Shown here piece by piece: positions 62,640 to 64,000 of a DNA stretch of 64,000 bases. Origin of the DNA: Candidatus Eremiobacteria bacterium. Lineage in GTDB: Bacteria; Vulcanimicrobiota; Vulcanimicrobiia; Vulcanimicrobiales; Vulcanimicrobiaceae. A program made the position numbers and the translations under genes. Every line of letters starts with the position of its first letter. Within the stretch, counting starts at the first letter, position 1. The DNA lies in the NCBI GenBank assembly GCA_963758295.1, contig CAVWUU010000002.1, forward strand, positions 128,001 through 192,000. Reading direction: 5' to 3'. The notes beneath the pieces are model-generated. The model saw only the letters and a list, made by a program, of their open reading frames with translations. It had not been told where the DNA came from and did not search any database.

Positions 62640-64000
62640 ATGTGGGCGCCTCTTATTTTGGGTCTCCTTGCAGCTGCTAATCCGCAGCCGCAGGCCTCCC
62701 TGCCTCCGCCGCACGTCTTCTCGGCGGCGATGGCGCGCGAGATAGACGACGTGGGCAGCCGCGCAATCGCCCAAGGACGCAGCCCCGGGATGTCCATTGC
62801 CGTCGTCGAAGACGGCCGCACGGTTTACGCCCGAGGCTTCGGTGAGGCTCAGCTCAAGTCACGCGTGCGGTTCGCGCCCGACACGCAATCGTATATCGGC
62901 GGCGTCAGCGAGTCGTTCACGGCCGCGGCACTTCTTCTCTTGCAACAAGACGGCAAGATCAAGCTCGACGATCGCGTCACGAAGTACGTTCCGGAATTGA
63001 CCGTCGCGCGAACAGCCACGATCTCGCAACTCGTTTCGCAGACATCGGGACTTCCCGATTGCGTGCATATGGCGGGCTTCCCCGATCAGACGCACACGAT
63101 GAAGATCGACGATCTGATTGTTGCCATGAATAAGCTCAAACCGCAAACCACGCCCGGAGAAGTCTTTCAGCGCAATATTTGCAACGCTCTGATCGCCGCC
63201 ACGATTGTGGAGCGCGTCGCGAACGTTCCGCTCTCCGATTATCTGCAGCAGCATATCTTCATGCCGCTCGTGATGAATGAGACGTTCAATGCGGGCGACA
63301 TCGGCATCGCGCCCGGCTACGCGTACGGCTACACGGGGCGGCCCGGGCAATTCGCGCCGGCGCATCCGTGGGATCCGGCGTGGCTCGCCGGTAACGGCAT
63401 CGTTACAAACGCCTACGATATCGCGAAGTGGGACATCGGCCTGCCGCTATTGCTGCGTGTCGATGCCATGCGCGATATGTTTACGCCGGCAGCGGCTAGC
63501 GGGGACGAAAAACACGGCCTCGGCTGGGTGATCGATCAACGCGACGGACGTCGCTACGTGTGGCAGAACGGCGAGATTCCGGGCTATCACGCAATGAATG
63601 CGCTGTTACCCGACGATCACATCGCCGTGATCGTCCTTGCGAATACCGACAGTTATCGTAGCCGCGGCGTCATTGCACCGGAAGCGATCGCAGCGCAAGT
63701 TCTTGACGTCGTACTGCCGCCGGGTTCCACGCATATGGAAAACGCCGTTATCGAACGCGCAAAAGAGTGGCTGGCGCGTCTGGCGACGCATCAAATCGAC
63801 CGGACTCAGCTTACCGCCGCGTTCAGTTCGTACTTGACCGATGCACTAGTGGAAAAAGAAAACTTTGCTTCGCTTGGGAAGCCCCAAACGTTCGTACCTA
63901 TTTCGAGCAGCGCCGGAGCAAACGGCGATACCGTATACGAATTTCTCGTGCGATTTGCGCACGCGCAGTACCACTATCGTTTCGTACTGACGAAAGATGG
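62640..64000 (+). CDS. Secreted beta-lactamase-fold serine hydrolase homolog lacking catalytic residues (3' end off window)
   Basis: Not in the ORF track. Manual translation from ATG 62640: PGMSIAVVEDG..VYARGFG...YIGGVSESFTAAALLLLQQDGKIKLDD...QTSGLPD...IFMPL. Confidence 0.88.
   Translation, partial: MWAPLILGLLAAANPQPQASLPPPHVFSAAMAREIDDVGSRAIAQGRSPGMSIAVVEDGRTVYARGFGEAQLKSRVRFAPDTQSYIGGVSESFTAAALLLLQQDGKIKLDDRVTKYVPELTVARTATISQLVSQTSGLPDCVHMAGFPDQTHTMKIDDLIVAMNKLKPQTTPGEVFQRNICNALIAATIVERVANVPLSDYLQQHIFMPLVMNETFNAGDIGIAPGYAYGYTGRPGQFAPAHPWDPAWLAGNGIVTNAYDIAKWDIGLPLLLRVDAMRDMFTPAAASGDEKHGLGWVIDQRDGRRYVWQNGEIPGYHAMNALLPDDHIAVIVLANTDSYRSRGVIAPEAIAAQVLDVVLPPGSTHMENAVIERAKEWLARLATHQIDRTQLTAAFSSYLTDALVEKENFASLGKPQTFVPISSSAGANGDTVYEFLVRFAHAQYHYRFVLTKD

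Overview
This is a GC-rich, gene-dense bacterial chromosomal segment. Its style suggests Eremiobacterota/Vulcanimicrobiota or a similar soil lineage, but that is inference only. No rRNA, tRNA, CRISPR array, transposase or phage gene was recognised. Housekeeping genes include ligA, uvrA, uvrB, tag, acpS, nnr, prs-rplY-pth, gltX-glmU, uppS, aceA-aceB, rocD, pstS and infC-rpmI-rplT. There is a B12 acyl-CoA mutase cluster with isobutyryl-CoA-mutase signature residues, many peptidases (S10, M54, M48, S41 tricorn, S9, two M61), two alpha-mannosidases, a LytS/LytTR pair and an ECF sigma/anti-sigma pair. The most unusual observations are: (1) an apparently split chemoreceptor operon, made of a sensor-less MCP, a Cache sensor lacking the signalling tip and a DUF3343 protein, behind a sigma28-like promoter; (2) adjacent pth and ArgB-like genes with no canonical start codon; (3) three catalytically degenerate enzymes; (4) a long structured attenuator before infC; (5) a frameshifted RAPP-ending leader remnant; (6) a small translationally coupled ORF inside the mutase operon. 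All family calls come from motif recognition by eye; no searches were run.
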